Of a stretch of 64,000 nt of DNA, positions 53,978-62,955 are shown in pieces. The notes beneath the pieces were generated by a model, which searched no databases, was not told the DNA's origin, and saw only the letters and a list, made by a program, of their open reading frames with translations. The stretch covers positions 1 through 64,000 of the IMG/VR virus record IMGVR_UViG_3300018080_000122. The stretch is one strand, 5' to 3'. Position numbers and translations under genes: made by a program. How positions within the stretch are numbered: position 1 is the stretch's first letter; each line of letters begins with the position of its first letter. This stretch comes from a virus.

Positions 53978-55453
53978 ATGGGAATCCTGGAAGCAGTAAA
54001 GGCCAAGCATCCTTTAATTTGGCTCGTGGCCGACGACGAAGTAGACGTAATGCGCTTCTTGGCTGACATGAAGACTAAATTTTCGGTTTGGTCACGTTCG
54101 GGACTATCGCTTCCAGGAGATGATGCCAACATCGGTGGGTTCACGCCCCCTGCAGCAACAATAATGTCCTACTTGAAATTGAAGCGCCCTTCCTACCTGG
54201 TGTTACCTGACGCACACAAACGCTTGGAATCTGCCGAAGCGCAGCGAGAGTTCAAAGAATTGGTGATGGCCTGCGCACGCAGCCACGTAGGCACGAAAGG
54301 TGTTGTTGCCATCGCTTCTACTCCGGCGGTGCCAGAGGATCTTAGGACGCTAGCGTACATAACTCAATTCCCAAGGCCAACAACGGAGGATCTGAAGCAT
54401 GTGATCATGGACGTTGGCACGGACACAAATAAGAAAATATCTGAAGACCGGGCTTCCCAACTGGCTTTTGCTCTATCTGGCCTTACTAGGACAGAGGCTG
54501 AGTTGACGTCCAGATTACTATTGACGAGCAACAAGAAGACAGTATCTGCGTTCGCCAAAGCAAAGGCTAGGCAGATTTCTGCAGGCACACCGCTACATTG
54601 GGTCGATACGTCCGACGTGACGTTGAACTCGGTTGGCGGCATGGACAAATTAAAACGCTGGATAGAGACCCGTGCCTATGCGCTGGACGCTAAAAGCGGC
54701 TTACCCAGACCACGAGGCATCTTGCTGTGCGGTATCCCTGGTGTTGGTAAATCCCTTGTGGCTAAAGCAATTTCTACTGCGTGGGGACTGCCCCTCCTAC
54801 GTTTCGATATCGGCGCCGTTTTTGGTCCTTTAGTCGGGGCATCAGAAACCAACATGCGTAGGGCGCTAAGTATCATCGACGCCTGCTCTCCATGCGTCGT
54901 ATGGATTGAAGAACTTGAAAAGGTGACTGCTGGGGCTCAATCTTCTGACCGCACCGACGGAGGTACCACGGCACGGGTAATCTCTGATTTTCTGGTGTGG
55001 TTGCAGGAGAGGGAATCTTCAGCTTTTGTTGTGGGGACGATCAATAACGCCGATGGGGCTTCCCCAGAAATGGTAAGGAAAAGGCGTTGGGATGAAGTAT
55101 TCTGGGTGGACCTGCCCGGTTTAAAGGAACGCACAGAAATCTTCAAAATCATGTTTGACAGGTACGATGTTGGCATGTCTCTATCCAAAGAGGCAATAGA
55201 GATTTCCGAGAATCTCACGGGAGCTGAAATAGAGCAAGCCGTAGTAAACGCTATCTTTGACAGCTACGCAGATGACGCCAAATTGTCGTCGGACCATCTC
55301 GTAGCGTCAGTTAGATCTATGAAGCCGCAATCACACAGTTTGAAAATAGACTGGCATGAAATGCTGCGTAAATTCGCTGGCGCGTCCAGCGCACAGTGGT
55401 CTGTGCCAGTGCCAAACCGCCCCAAAGTGAAAGGAAAACGGAAGAAAAAATGA
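53978..55453 (+). CDS. AAA+ ATPase (Ycf46-like)
   Basis: GIPGVGKS, VVWIEELEK, RKRRWDEVFWVDLP, TGAEIEQ. Confidence 0.85.
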   Translation: MGILEAVKAKHPLIWLVADDEVDVMRFLADMKTKFSVWSRSGLSLPGDDANIGGFTPPAATIMSYLKLKRPSYLVLPDAHKRLESAEAQREFKELVMACARSHVGTKGVVAIASTPAVPEDLRTLAYITQFPRPTTEDLKHVIMDVGTDTNKKISEDRASQLAFALSGLTRTEAELTSRLLLTSNKKTVSAFAKAKARQISAGTPLHWVDTSDVTLNSVGGMDKLKRWIETRAYALDAKSGLPRPRGILLCGIPGVGKSLVAKAISTAWGLPLLRFDIGAVFGPLVGASETNMRRALSIIDACSPCVVWIEELEKVTAGAQSSDRTDGGTTARVISDFLVWLQERESSAFVVGTINNADGASPEMVRKRRWDEVFWVDLPGLKERTEIFKIMFDRYDVGMSLSKEAIEISENLTGAEIEQAVVNAIFDSYADDAKLSSDHLVASVRSMKPQSHSLKIDWHEMLRKFAGASSAQWSVPVPNRPKVKGKRKKK

Positions 55454-55821
55454 ACAGAACGGATATGGTGGAGCACCTTAGAAAAAGGCGAGTCATCGGC
55501 ACGGATAAGAGGACGGTAGAAAACGCCGTGCTAGAAGTTCTCGGTGCGATAGCGCACGGGCTTTACCACGAAGGTGAAGTTAGAGTCATGGGCTTTGGGA
55601 CATTCTTGGTGAAAGAGCGCAAAGAAAGGATGGCACGGAACCCCCGGACGGGGGAGCCTGTAGTAGCCAAGGCGCACAACACCGTAGTTTTCAAACCCAG
55701 CAAAGACCTTAAAGAGTCCATCCAACCCAAGAAGAAAAAGAAGACCAAGAAGAAACCCGCCAAGAGCACAAAAAAGAAGGCTAAAGCTAAAGCCAAACCC
55801 AAGAAGAAAAAGAAGGGCTAG
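55450..55821 (+). CDS. HU/IHF family DNA-binding protein with Lys-rich tail
   Basis: GFGTF.VKERKERMARNPRTGE..V.FKPSKDLKE. Confidence 0.9.
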   Translation: MNRTDMVEHLRKRRVIGTDKRTVENAVLEVLGAIAHGLYHEGEVRVMGFGTFLVKERKERMARNPRTGEPVVAKAHNTVVFKPSKDLKESIQPKKKKKTKKKPAKSTKKKAKAKAKPKKKKKG

Positions 55822-56023
55822 ACGAAATGCCTGTGAAATGCCGTAGAATTAAAGGCAAATACAGGGTGGTGGAATCTGCTACTGGGAAAATAGCAGTGAA
55901 CGCCGCCCTGACTCCTCTGGACGGAGGAGGCCACAACACCCAAGAAGGCTGTGCCGCGCAAGCGCGGGCCATCAACGCCGCTACCGAATCCAGAAAAAAA
56001 GATCGGGCGGAAGAATAGGGGGC

Positions 56024-56323
56024 GTGGTGGATCTAGCAACGCTGAAAGAGAAGACCGACAAAGAGCAGGAAGTGATTGCTACGTGGTTTTTCTTTCTGTG
56101 GGTGCCTTGTTTAATCCTAAAAGGCCTAGTATTGTCTTGCCTGATGTATTGGTTTATTCAGCCGGGCGTAGAGGCTCCCCTATCGCAATGCATAGGTATA
56201 GTTTTAGTAGCAAATTTGCTTATCCCACAGTACAGCCCCGTGAATCATCAAAAAATATATAGAATGATACTAGGGCCGACATTCGTTCTTGCTGCGGGTT
56301 ACGTAGTTCATCTGGTGGGGTGA
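56024..56323 (+). CDS. small membrane protein
   Basis: About three hydrophobic segments. Confidence 0.5.
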   Translation: MVDLATLKEKTDKEQEVIATWFFFLWVPCLILKGLVLSCLMYWFIQPGVEAPLSQCIGIVLVANLLIPQYSPVNHQKIYRMILGPTFVLAAGYVVHLVG

Positions 56324-56394
56324 AAAACGGAGTCAGGCAAGTAAAACGAATGATAGGTGCCCCACCCAAACGGAAGTTCTACACAGAAAAGTGA
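56320..56394 (+). CDS. 24-aa peptide MKNGVRQVKRMIGAPPKRKFYTEK
   Basis: GTGA overlap with the upstream stop; carries the recurrent GAPPxRKF motif. Confidence 0.45.
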   Translation: MKNGVRQVKRMIGAPPKRKFYTEK

Positions 56395-56680
56395 GACAGA
56401 TGGTCAAAGGGAAATGGCCCATGGGGCTAGCAAAAGATAGACACCGCAACACAGGCAGATGTAGGAACAGGAAAAGCAGGAAGTCGCCGCCTCCTATGTC
56501 CCCCAATATATGCCCGACTGTGAAGGGAAAGGGTGGATCAAAACTTATAACGACTACGCAGGGACAAGATCTGAAATGCGCATAGAAGTGGTGCATTGTC
56601 CCGCTTGCAACGGCCTTGGATATCTTCTGTAGATTTCACCACAAAAGTGTGGATAATCGACTGAATGGACACAGGAATGA

Positions 56681-57595
56681 TTGTACTTCAAGGAGAAGAC
56701 GATGCTGCCATTCGCAGAGACCATGTGGGCTCCTTTTGTCCTAGCTATAGAGGGGCTCATTGGGTGTGGCAAGACCACACTCACCAGGACACTGTCATCC
56801 GCATTGAACTACAAAGCCTTTTTCGAACCCGTTGAAGGCAACCCTTACCTAGAAGATTTCTACAACGTCGTCACCCCGCCAGGCTGGCGCGAGAAGATAA
56901 AACAAGTGCTGCTGGGTCACGTGCAGACAGGCACCGCTGACAACATTATGTATAAGCTTGACAGTTTGGGCGTCACCTACAGCTCGATACCTGCGTTTAT
57001 GCAGCTGTTCCTGCTGACTCGACGCTTCCATCTCTACATGGCTGCGCTTTACTCCGATGCTTATGGGTTCAAAGGCGCTCTTCTAGACCGAAGTCTCCAG
57101 GGAGATACTGTTTTCGCACGTATGCTGCATGAAGACGGGTGGATCAACGACAGGGACATGGCCACTTACTGGGGGCACTGGCAGCGCTTCAAAGAGTTCG
57201 CCCCAAATCCACACGCCTTCCTCTACCTGGAAACGTCCCCTGAGACTGCGCTGGAGCGCATGAGAGAGCGCGCTCGTAGTGCAGAGGTAGGCGTGCCCAT
57301 AGAATACCTTCAACGGCTCTACGACCACTACGAGCACTTCCTGGAAGAGATGAGTCGTAGAGCAGTAATCATTAGGCTTCCCTACGACCCACCAAGGGAA
57401 GTCTACGACGCAAGAGAGTTTCCTGACGTCTACCCCAGCTTACAGGAGGAAGAAAACCCGGCCTTTAGAAAAGTCCTCCATCCAGATGAAGGGGATAGGG
57501 TGGTGCGCCTTTTGAAAGAGAATTTCCCCACCTACAAGTGGTTTGACAGGCACAGGGGCAATTCGGATCAGATGCTAAGCGGAGGGGACAAGTGA
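56681..57595 (+). CDS. deoxynucleoside kinase
   Basis: IEGLIGCGKTT, EPV, LDRSL, RAR.AE..VPIEYL. Confidence 0.85.
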   Translation: MYFKEKTMLPFAETMWAPFVLAIEGLIGCGKTTLTRTLSSALNYKAFFEPVEGNPYLEDFYNVVTPPGWREKIKQVLLGHVQTGTADNIMYKLDSLGVTYSSIPAFMQLFLLTRRFHLYMAALYSDAYGFKGALLDRSLQGDTVFARMLHEDGWINDRDMATYWGHWQRFKEFAPNPHAFLYLETSPETALERMRERARSAEVGVPIEYLQRLYDHYEHFLEEMSRRAVIIRLPYDPPREVYDAREFPDVYPSLQEEENPAFRKVLHPDEGDRVVRLLKENFPTYKWFDRHRGNSDQMLSGGDK

Positions 57596-58206
57596 GAACA
57601 CGACACTCGCTTATTTTTTGCCGGTCCAACGCCATGTTTGCGGGCAAGTCCGAGACCGCGAAGAGACTGGTATCTATAGCTGAAAAGGGACGCAAGATCA
57701 AGTGGGCGTGCATTCGGCCTCTCGAAGCCAAACGCAAAGAGGATTCAACGTACTCCCACGTCACGCACGCTGGGGGCAAAGCTCACTGCTACTACGTTGA
57801 CACGGCCATGGAAGCTAAGCATCTCATCGACGATCTTATTGACGACGGGTGTGGCCTATTTTGGATTGACGAGCCTTTTTTCTGGTCCAATCTCACGGAT
57901 TTCAAATCCCTGGTGTTCAGCACGCTGGAGCGAGCAAATGTTATAATTTCTTCTCTAACGTGTACAAGCGAAGGAGAGCACTGGGAAGAACTTTCTATGC
58001 TCCTGGCGTTAGCCGACGAAATTTTTCAATGTAACGACGCCGTGTGCGTGGACTGCTGCAAAGTGGCGCTCAGGACGTGGCACGTTGGCAGAGAGGAAAA
58101 AACAGCAAAGGTGAAGGTTGGAGGGGCAGCAGACTATATTCCTGTCTGCGTAGACTGTTGGAACGCGAGGGCAGAGAGGGCAAAAGTTGGCGCTGAAAAA
58201 GGCTGA
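57592..58206 (+). CDS. tdk: thymidine kinase (TK1/type II)
   Basis: MFAGKS, IDE, AVCVDC...VGG...YIPVCVDCW. Confidence 0.8.
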   Translation: MRTRHSLIFCRSNAMFAGKSETAKRLVSIAEKGRKIKWACIRPLEAKRKEDSTYSHVTHAGGKAHCYYVDTAMEAKHLIDDLIDDGCGLFWIDEPFFWSNLTDFKSLVFSTLERANVIISSLTCTSEGEHWEELSMLLALADEIFQCNDAVCVDCCKVALRTWHVGREEKTAKVKVGGAADYIPVCVDCWNARAERAKVGAEKG

Positions 58207-58864
58207 CCATCAGGCTTTGTTGGATTTGGTAGACGTAGTCCACTTCCAAACCCTGGAAGAAATACCTGCCACCGAAATATCTTTGCAATGGTGGTGCGAT
58301 AAATTCCGTCCGGGAATAAAGAGGACGTCGCAAAAGCGCGCGTGGGAAAGATTCAAAGCCGCTTTGAAACGGCTGGATATTGCTTTCCAAGTTAAGCCTG
58401 GGCGAGTGATTTTTGAGGGGGATCTCGCCCAGGCTGTTCGTGATCGGCTAGAGACTCTAGTTGATGGCCCCAAAAAAGAGGCGCACGCAGAAAAACGGAG
58501 GGCTTGGCAGAGAGAGTATCTGGCCAAGAACAAAGATAAAAATCGACAGTGGGGGCGCAATTACAGGGAAAAGAATAGAGAGTACGTGAAGGCGTGGCGG
58601 CATCAGTACTACCTGGACAACCAAGAAAAGGCTAAGGCCCAAGCGAAAGCGTGGGCCAAGAAAAATCCAAAGAAAGTGCGGGCTAAACAAAAGAAATGGA
58701 ATGAAAAGAATAAGGACAAACTCCGAGAATACCGAAGAAAGCGCTACCACGAAAACGTAGAAGAAAGCCGCCGCAAGGCCCGAGAAAAGTACCATCGCAA
58801 CAAGAGGAAGAGGGAGACTAAAGAGGAACGAGAAAAACGGTTTGAGTCTCTATTGGAGGACTAG
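58187..58864 (+). CDS. hypothetical protein with repetitive basic helical tail
   Basis: Repeated (W/Y)..KN.(D/E)K pattern. Confidence 0.55.
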   Translation: MALKKADHQALLDLVDVVHFQTLEEIPATEISLQWWCDKFRPGIKRTSQKRAWERFKAALKRLDIAFQVKPGRVIFEGDLAQAVRDRLETLVDGPKKEAHAEKRRAWQREYLAKNKDKNRQWGRNYREKNREYVKAWRHQYYLDNQEKAKAQAKAWAKKNPKKVRAKQKKWNEKNKDKLREYRRKRYHENVEESRRKAREKYHRNKRKRETKEEREKRFESLLED

Positions 58865-58866
58865 TT

Positions 58867-59424
58867 TTGAGCTACAGGCCCATAAGCGACATGATGATTT
58901 TGGCGCGCCCCAAAGTGAAATATTATGGGGCCTACCCGTCGGGATTTCTATCCAGAGCCAGAGAACTTTTGGGCGTGCATGCAGAAGAGCCAGTCCTTCA
59001 CGTATGCTCAGGTAAGATAGAAGAATACCCGTTCGCGGGGTTCGGACCAAACGACGCCACTGTAGATATTGATTCCTCTCTGTCTCCTGAATGGGTCATG
59101 GACGTTAGAGAAGAACTGCCGTCCTTGGACGCAGAATGGGGTGGCCCCCTATGGCCAGCGATCTTGGCGGACCCTCCCTACGGCGAGACGGAAGCAGAGA
59201 ACTATACGTGTGGAAGATCAGTACTGCCCGACCCGAACAAACTGTTGAAGATGTGTCTGGAGCACGTGCGGCCCGGAGGAAGAGTAGGGATGTTGCACTA
59301 CTTGGTGCCCAGACCGCCAAAGAAAATGGACGGAAAGAACACTAAATTTGTCGCCGTCTTAGGTGTGATGACGGGATTTGGGCAGAGAATAAGGGCCTAT
59401 TCAGTGTTTGAACGGCCCTTATAG
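58867..59424 (+). CDS. putative small amino-methyltransferase
   Basis: YYGAYP, VLHVCSG, TVDID, LADPPY. Confidence 0.65.
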   Translation: MSYRPISDMMILARPKVKYYGAYPSGFLSRARELLGVHAEEPVLHVCSGKIEEYPFAGFGPNDATVDIDSSLSPEWVMDVREELPSLDAEWGGPLWPAILADPPYGETEAENYTCGRSVLPDPNKLLKMCLEHVRPGGRVGMLHYLVPRPPKKMDGKNTKFVAVLGVMTGFGQRIRAYSVFERPL

Positions 59425-59425
59425 A

Positions 59426-59656
59426 CTAGTCGTCACCAAGAATATTTTGTAGCTCTTCTTCTGATATGCCCATCTTCCTGGCCACCTTTATTATCTGTGA
59501 CCGGGAAGGGTCTACTCCTGTGCCGTTGGCCGCTGCAGCCACCGCTTTTCGCACTGTAGAAGAGGCTTGGCACTTTTTCACTAACCGCACAGCAGTTGCT
59601 CTTAGTCTGGCCTTGACCTGATCCCACTCTTTCTTCGTTTCAGGATCGGAAAGCAT
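59426..59656 (-). CDS. hypothetical protein
   Basis: AGGAGG RBS; last gene of the minus-strand operon. Confidence 0.5.
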   Translation of the reverse strand: MLSDPETKKEWDQVKARLRATAVRLVKKCQASSTVRKAVAAAANGTGVDPSRSQIIKVARKMGISEEELQNILGDD

Positions 59657-59665
59657 TCTAGCCTC

Positions 59666-60190
59666 CTATTGTTCCCCGTCGCTATCGCTAGCAGCAGGGT
59701 ATACCCCAGAACCACCCACGTCGTGGTGGTCCATACCCCGATCAAACCGCTTGCTGAACTCACTCATCTCACGGATCATCTCTCGGAGCTCTTCTCTCCA
59801 TTGTGTTTGTAAATCGTTTCGGCTGGTCTCAAGTTCCTTCACCCGAGCCTGGAGAGCCGCCGATTCTTTGAGGAGAGTTTCATGGCAGGTGACTTGCCCA
59901 GATTTTACAGTCAGTACTTCGGTAACCAAGGCGTCAATACGCTTCAGCTGCTCACGCTGTTCTTCAGTCTGAAGATTTTTGATTTTATCTTGGATGTCCT
60001 TGAGCTCTTTGGTGAGATCCCCAGTGTCCCTTTTTTTAGATTTGGTTTTAGACGTGCCGTTCTGCCTGCGCTCTTTGATGAGCGTGGCTATTATATCGAT
60101 CAGCTTGCCGAAACCGGCCACGCCTCCACTCACAATGGTGAGAATGAGGACCAGCGTCGTCACATCAATTTCGATTGCAGCAAGCACCAT
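59666..60190 (-). CDS. single-TM coiled-coil protein (possibly lysis-related)
   Basis: N-terminal TM helix and coiled coil. Confidence 0.5.
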   Translation of the reverse strand: MVLAAIEIDVTTLVLILTIVSGGVAGFGKLIDIIATLIKERRQNGTSKTKSKKRDTGDLTKELKDIQDKIKNLQTEEQREQLKRIDALVTEVLTVKSGQVTCHETLLKESAALQARVKELETSRNDLQTQWREELREMIREMSEFSKRFDRGMDHHDVGGSGVYPAASDSDGEQ

Positions 60191-60253
60191 GTTAGCCTCT
60201 CCTCTGACCCTATTAAGCTAACCACCGCAACGTCGTCTCGCCATATGATGTCC

Positions 60254-60931
60254 CTAAATATAACAAAGCTCAGGGTTACCGTCCACGATCTTAACGTAGG
60301 TGAGGCCCTCTGGCCCAAAAGATCCGCTGTTCAAATACATGCGGCCCTTATATTCCCTTACTTCTGGGATATGGGTATGTCCTAGTACCACAATGTCGCC
60401 CAACAAATTTTCCATGGCCCTATCAGCGATGGGCTCCGCATATTTTTCTTTCCCGTTCATGGCCGCGAAAGAGTGGCGGACTTTTCGTTGGATTGACGTG
60501 CCAGGCCCCATAAAGTAGCAGGCGACCTTGTCCGCAGTCACAGCAACCCACGATGCCATTTTAGACGCCGTTCCGGAGAACGTGTCGAACTCGTTACCAT
60601 GAGCTAAGACTATACTTTTTCCTCCGTCACTGTAATTGTAAGGTTGGGCCGCAACACGCATGTTGTTCAAACGGCGCATTCCTTTGAACTCCGCGTCGTG
60701 ATTGCCCGGTATATAAATTACTTCATACGGAAGTACGTCAATCTCTAATAATATATCTTTATTTTGTTCTACTATGTCGCAGTAGTCGTAGTGCCAAAGA
60801 TCGAACACATCTCCAAGAAGGACCAGGCGATCCCACTTGTCCCTATGTATAAGTTTAAACAACTCCTTGTTGGCCGACCTGAACCTACCTGGTTGGCCAA
60901 AGTGTAAATCTGATACTACTAAAGTGCGCAT
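60254..60931 (-). CDS. calcineurin-like metallophosphoesterase (LpxH-like)
   Basis: SDLH, GDVFD, GNHD, AHG, GHTH, NSGS. Confidence 0.85.
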   Translation of the reverse strand: MRTLVVSDLHFGQPGRFRSANKELFKLIHRDKWDRLVLLGDVFDLWHYDYCDIVEQNKDILLEIDVLPYEVIYIPGNHDAEFKGMRRLNNMRVAAQPYNYSDGGKSIVLAHGNEFDTFSGTASKMASWVAVTADKVACYFMGPGTSIQRKVRHSFAAMNGKEKYAEPIADRAMENLLGDIVVLGHTHIPEVREYKGRMYLNSGSFGPEGLTYVKIVDGNPELCYI

Positions 60932-61467
60932 GGTGTGGCCCCCTCGCACAGCCTGAGCATCTTTAAATCTTCTGGAGACGTCAGGTCCGGCAAAAGATTT
61001 TTCACAGGCTCAAACGAATCGTTGCGAAGCATCCCATCCAAAAGATGAAGGTAACGTGCGACGACCTCGCTACAAAACATCTTGTCTGGCGTGTCAGGCA
61101 CGCACATTCGCGCCAGACGCTTGTTGACCTTCTCCAGCACCAGGTAAGCACAGAAGCGGCCGATGCCCGCGAAGTCGTACTCCGCCCCCAGCTCCCGAAA
61201 GATGATGTAGAGAGCTTTGGGACCCATTACATCGTCTCTAATTCGGAAGGCGTACATGAGTTTGTTGTGGTTGTCCCATCTTTCCGCCGCGACCAGGTTC
61301 ACTCCAGATCCAGTGGATTCAAGAACCCACCGGTAGCCTGTGGAGAATGGGCCGCCTATATGACTGAAGTGGATGGAGGCGTGGGAAACATCGGAATTGG
61401 TGATCTTACGAATGGCCCATGAGATCGGACTGCACGACTTTGGCCGGGATAGTACTATAGCAATCAT
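60919..61467 (-). CDS. permuted papain-like NlpC/P60 (YiiX-like) enzyme
   Basis: SHASI...G..YDF...FCSEVV. Confidence 0.7.
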   Translation of the reverse strand: MIAIVLSRPKSCSPISWAIRKITNSDVSHASIHFSHIGGPFSTGYRWVLESTGSGVNLVAAERWDNHNKLMYAFRIRDDVMGPKALYIIFRELGAEYDFAGIGRFCAYLVLEKVNKRLARMCVPDTPDKMFCSEVVARYLHLLDGMLRNDSFEPVKNLLPDLTSPEDLKMLRLCEGATPCAL

Positions 61468-61475
61468 GGCTCATA

Positions 61476-62498
61476 TCACAGATCTGGCATCGTCTTCTTA
61501 CGGCCAGCAACAGCCGTAACGCCGACTGTTCTTTGTGCGCCGCCCGTTTCCAAGTGAACTTTCACAGAGAGCTGCCAATGCGGGAGGAACAGTGCTGGGC
61601 GCACACTCTGCACGCCCATGAAGACCGTGTCATCTCCGAGCATGGGAATTCTGCACACCTGGCGACTCAGCGTGACCGGGACAGACATCAGGTGGCAACG
61701 AAGATTCTCTTTGGGGTCGTGAGCCGACGTCCAAATGAAAATCGAAGGCGTCTCGTAAGGATTCCAACCCCATATACCCGATGTGCTGGGGACTGGCACG
61801 AGGTTGTCGTTGATTTCGCCTTTGGTGGTGGTCTCGCCGTCTATATTGTGGGTAGATTCGCCCTCTGCACACGGGATAAAAACGTCAGACTGCACCTTGG
61901 CATTCCCAGTGCCCGCAGCTTCTGCAGGAGCGCTTGCAGGAGCAGTGGCCACAAAAGAAAAAGTGTCTTGGTATAGCCCATTCAAATGTCGAACGAAGCC
62001 GCCCACGAGGTAAACGTGCTCCAAGAACTGCCCCGTGATGGTATAGTCCCCCGCATCCGATTCCTGCAACTGTAGGAGGGTGCCGTCGCCGCGTTTGAGA
62101 TCGGTCAGATCGTCGAATGCCCCAGTGGTGAACTGGTTGTACCCCGCAGGGAAGACGTCCGGGTTGACCCTGACCGAAGCGCAGGTACCGTTGGTCCCGA
62201 TTGGGCTGACAGGTGCGAAGTTCACCCAATTTCCCGCCGCGTCCACGATGTGAACCTCATCCACACCAGGGGATTCCGTTGCGTCATGCGCGGCCACCAA
62301 TGCGTCCAGAATCGTCTCGTTCTCTGTTGAGAGATCTGCTTTGAAGGCCACTCTCATGGTGTCGTCTTCGGAATATGTCTCGTCTGTATCCAGGGCAACC
62401 GTGATGGCGCTCTGCTGGATGTCGTAGACGAAGGTGGCCACATTGACGGCGCCCTCGGGAAAATCGGTGCTGATCGTGTAATCCTTATACGTGGCCAT
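61476..62498 (-). CDS. putative virion structural protein
   Basis: Acidic, Thr/Gly-rich; in the late-type operon. Confidence 0.5.
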   Translation of the reverse strand: MATYKDYTISTDFPEGAVNVATFVYDIQQSAITVALDTDETYSEDDTMRVAFKADLSTENETILDALVAAHDATESPGVDEVHIVDAAGNWVNFAPVSPIGTNGTCASVRVNPDVFPAGYNQFTTGAFDDLTDLKRGDGTLLQLQESDAGDYTITGQFLEHVYLVGGFVRHLNGLYQDTFSFVATAPASAPAEAAGTGNAKVQSDVFIPCAEGESTHNIDGETTTKGEINDNLVPVPSTSGIWGWNPYETPSIFIWTSAHDPKENLRCHLMSVPVTLSRQVCRIPMLGDDTVFMGVQSVRPALFLPHWQLSVKVHLETGGAQRTVGVTAVAGRKKTMPDL

Positions 62499-62953
62499 TA
62501 ATCCCTCCGAAGGTCTGCTTTACTGTGACAAATCAACGACGCCGTTGGGAGTCTGATCTTCCTGCCCATCTGCGCCGCCACAGGGTAATTTCTGACTTCA
62601 ATGTCGACTGTGTGATCACCTGGAGACAAGGTTACGTTGGCGAAACCGGATTTGCTGATCAGCTGTTTTAGGCTGCCTTTAACCTCTTCACTCATAAATC
62701 CATCACCGTTGGGATCTACTATTGGTGTGGTTTCATCAAGCATTACCCTGATATCGACACAGGTCTTGCCAAGGGCGCGGAATTCGCACTGCCAATCCAA
62801 CCGATAGTCGCCACCAGGGGCGTCGTTGGCCTCAACACGCAGATGCCTGCGCCACTTTGTGCCCACCATGGACATCTTCGTGAATGACTCCCCTGTGTAG
62901 ATGTGCTTCACAGTTGGGGCCGCAGCTTGGCGACAGATATCCTTCATTCGCAT
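62498..62953 (-). CDS. putative virion structural protein
   Basis: Beta-rich; LSPGDHTVDIE. Confidence 0.45.
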   Translation of the reverse strand: MRMKDICRQAAAPTVKHIYTGESFTKMSMVGTKWRRHLRVEANDAPGGDYRLDWQCEFRALGKTCVDIRVMLDETTPIVDPNGDGFMSEEVKGSLKQLISKSGFANVTLSPGDHTVDIEVRNYPVAAQMGRKIRLPTASLICHSKADLRRD

Positions 62954-62955
62954 GA

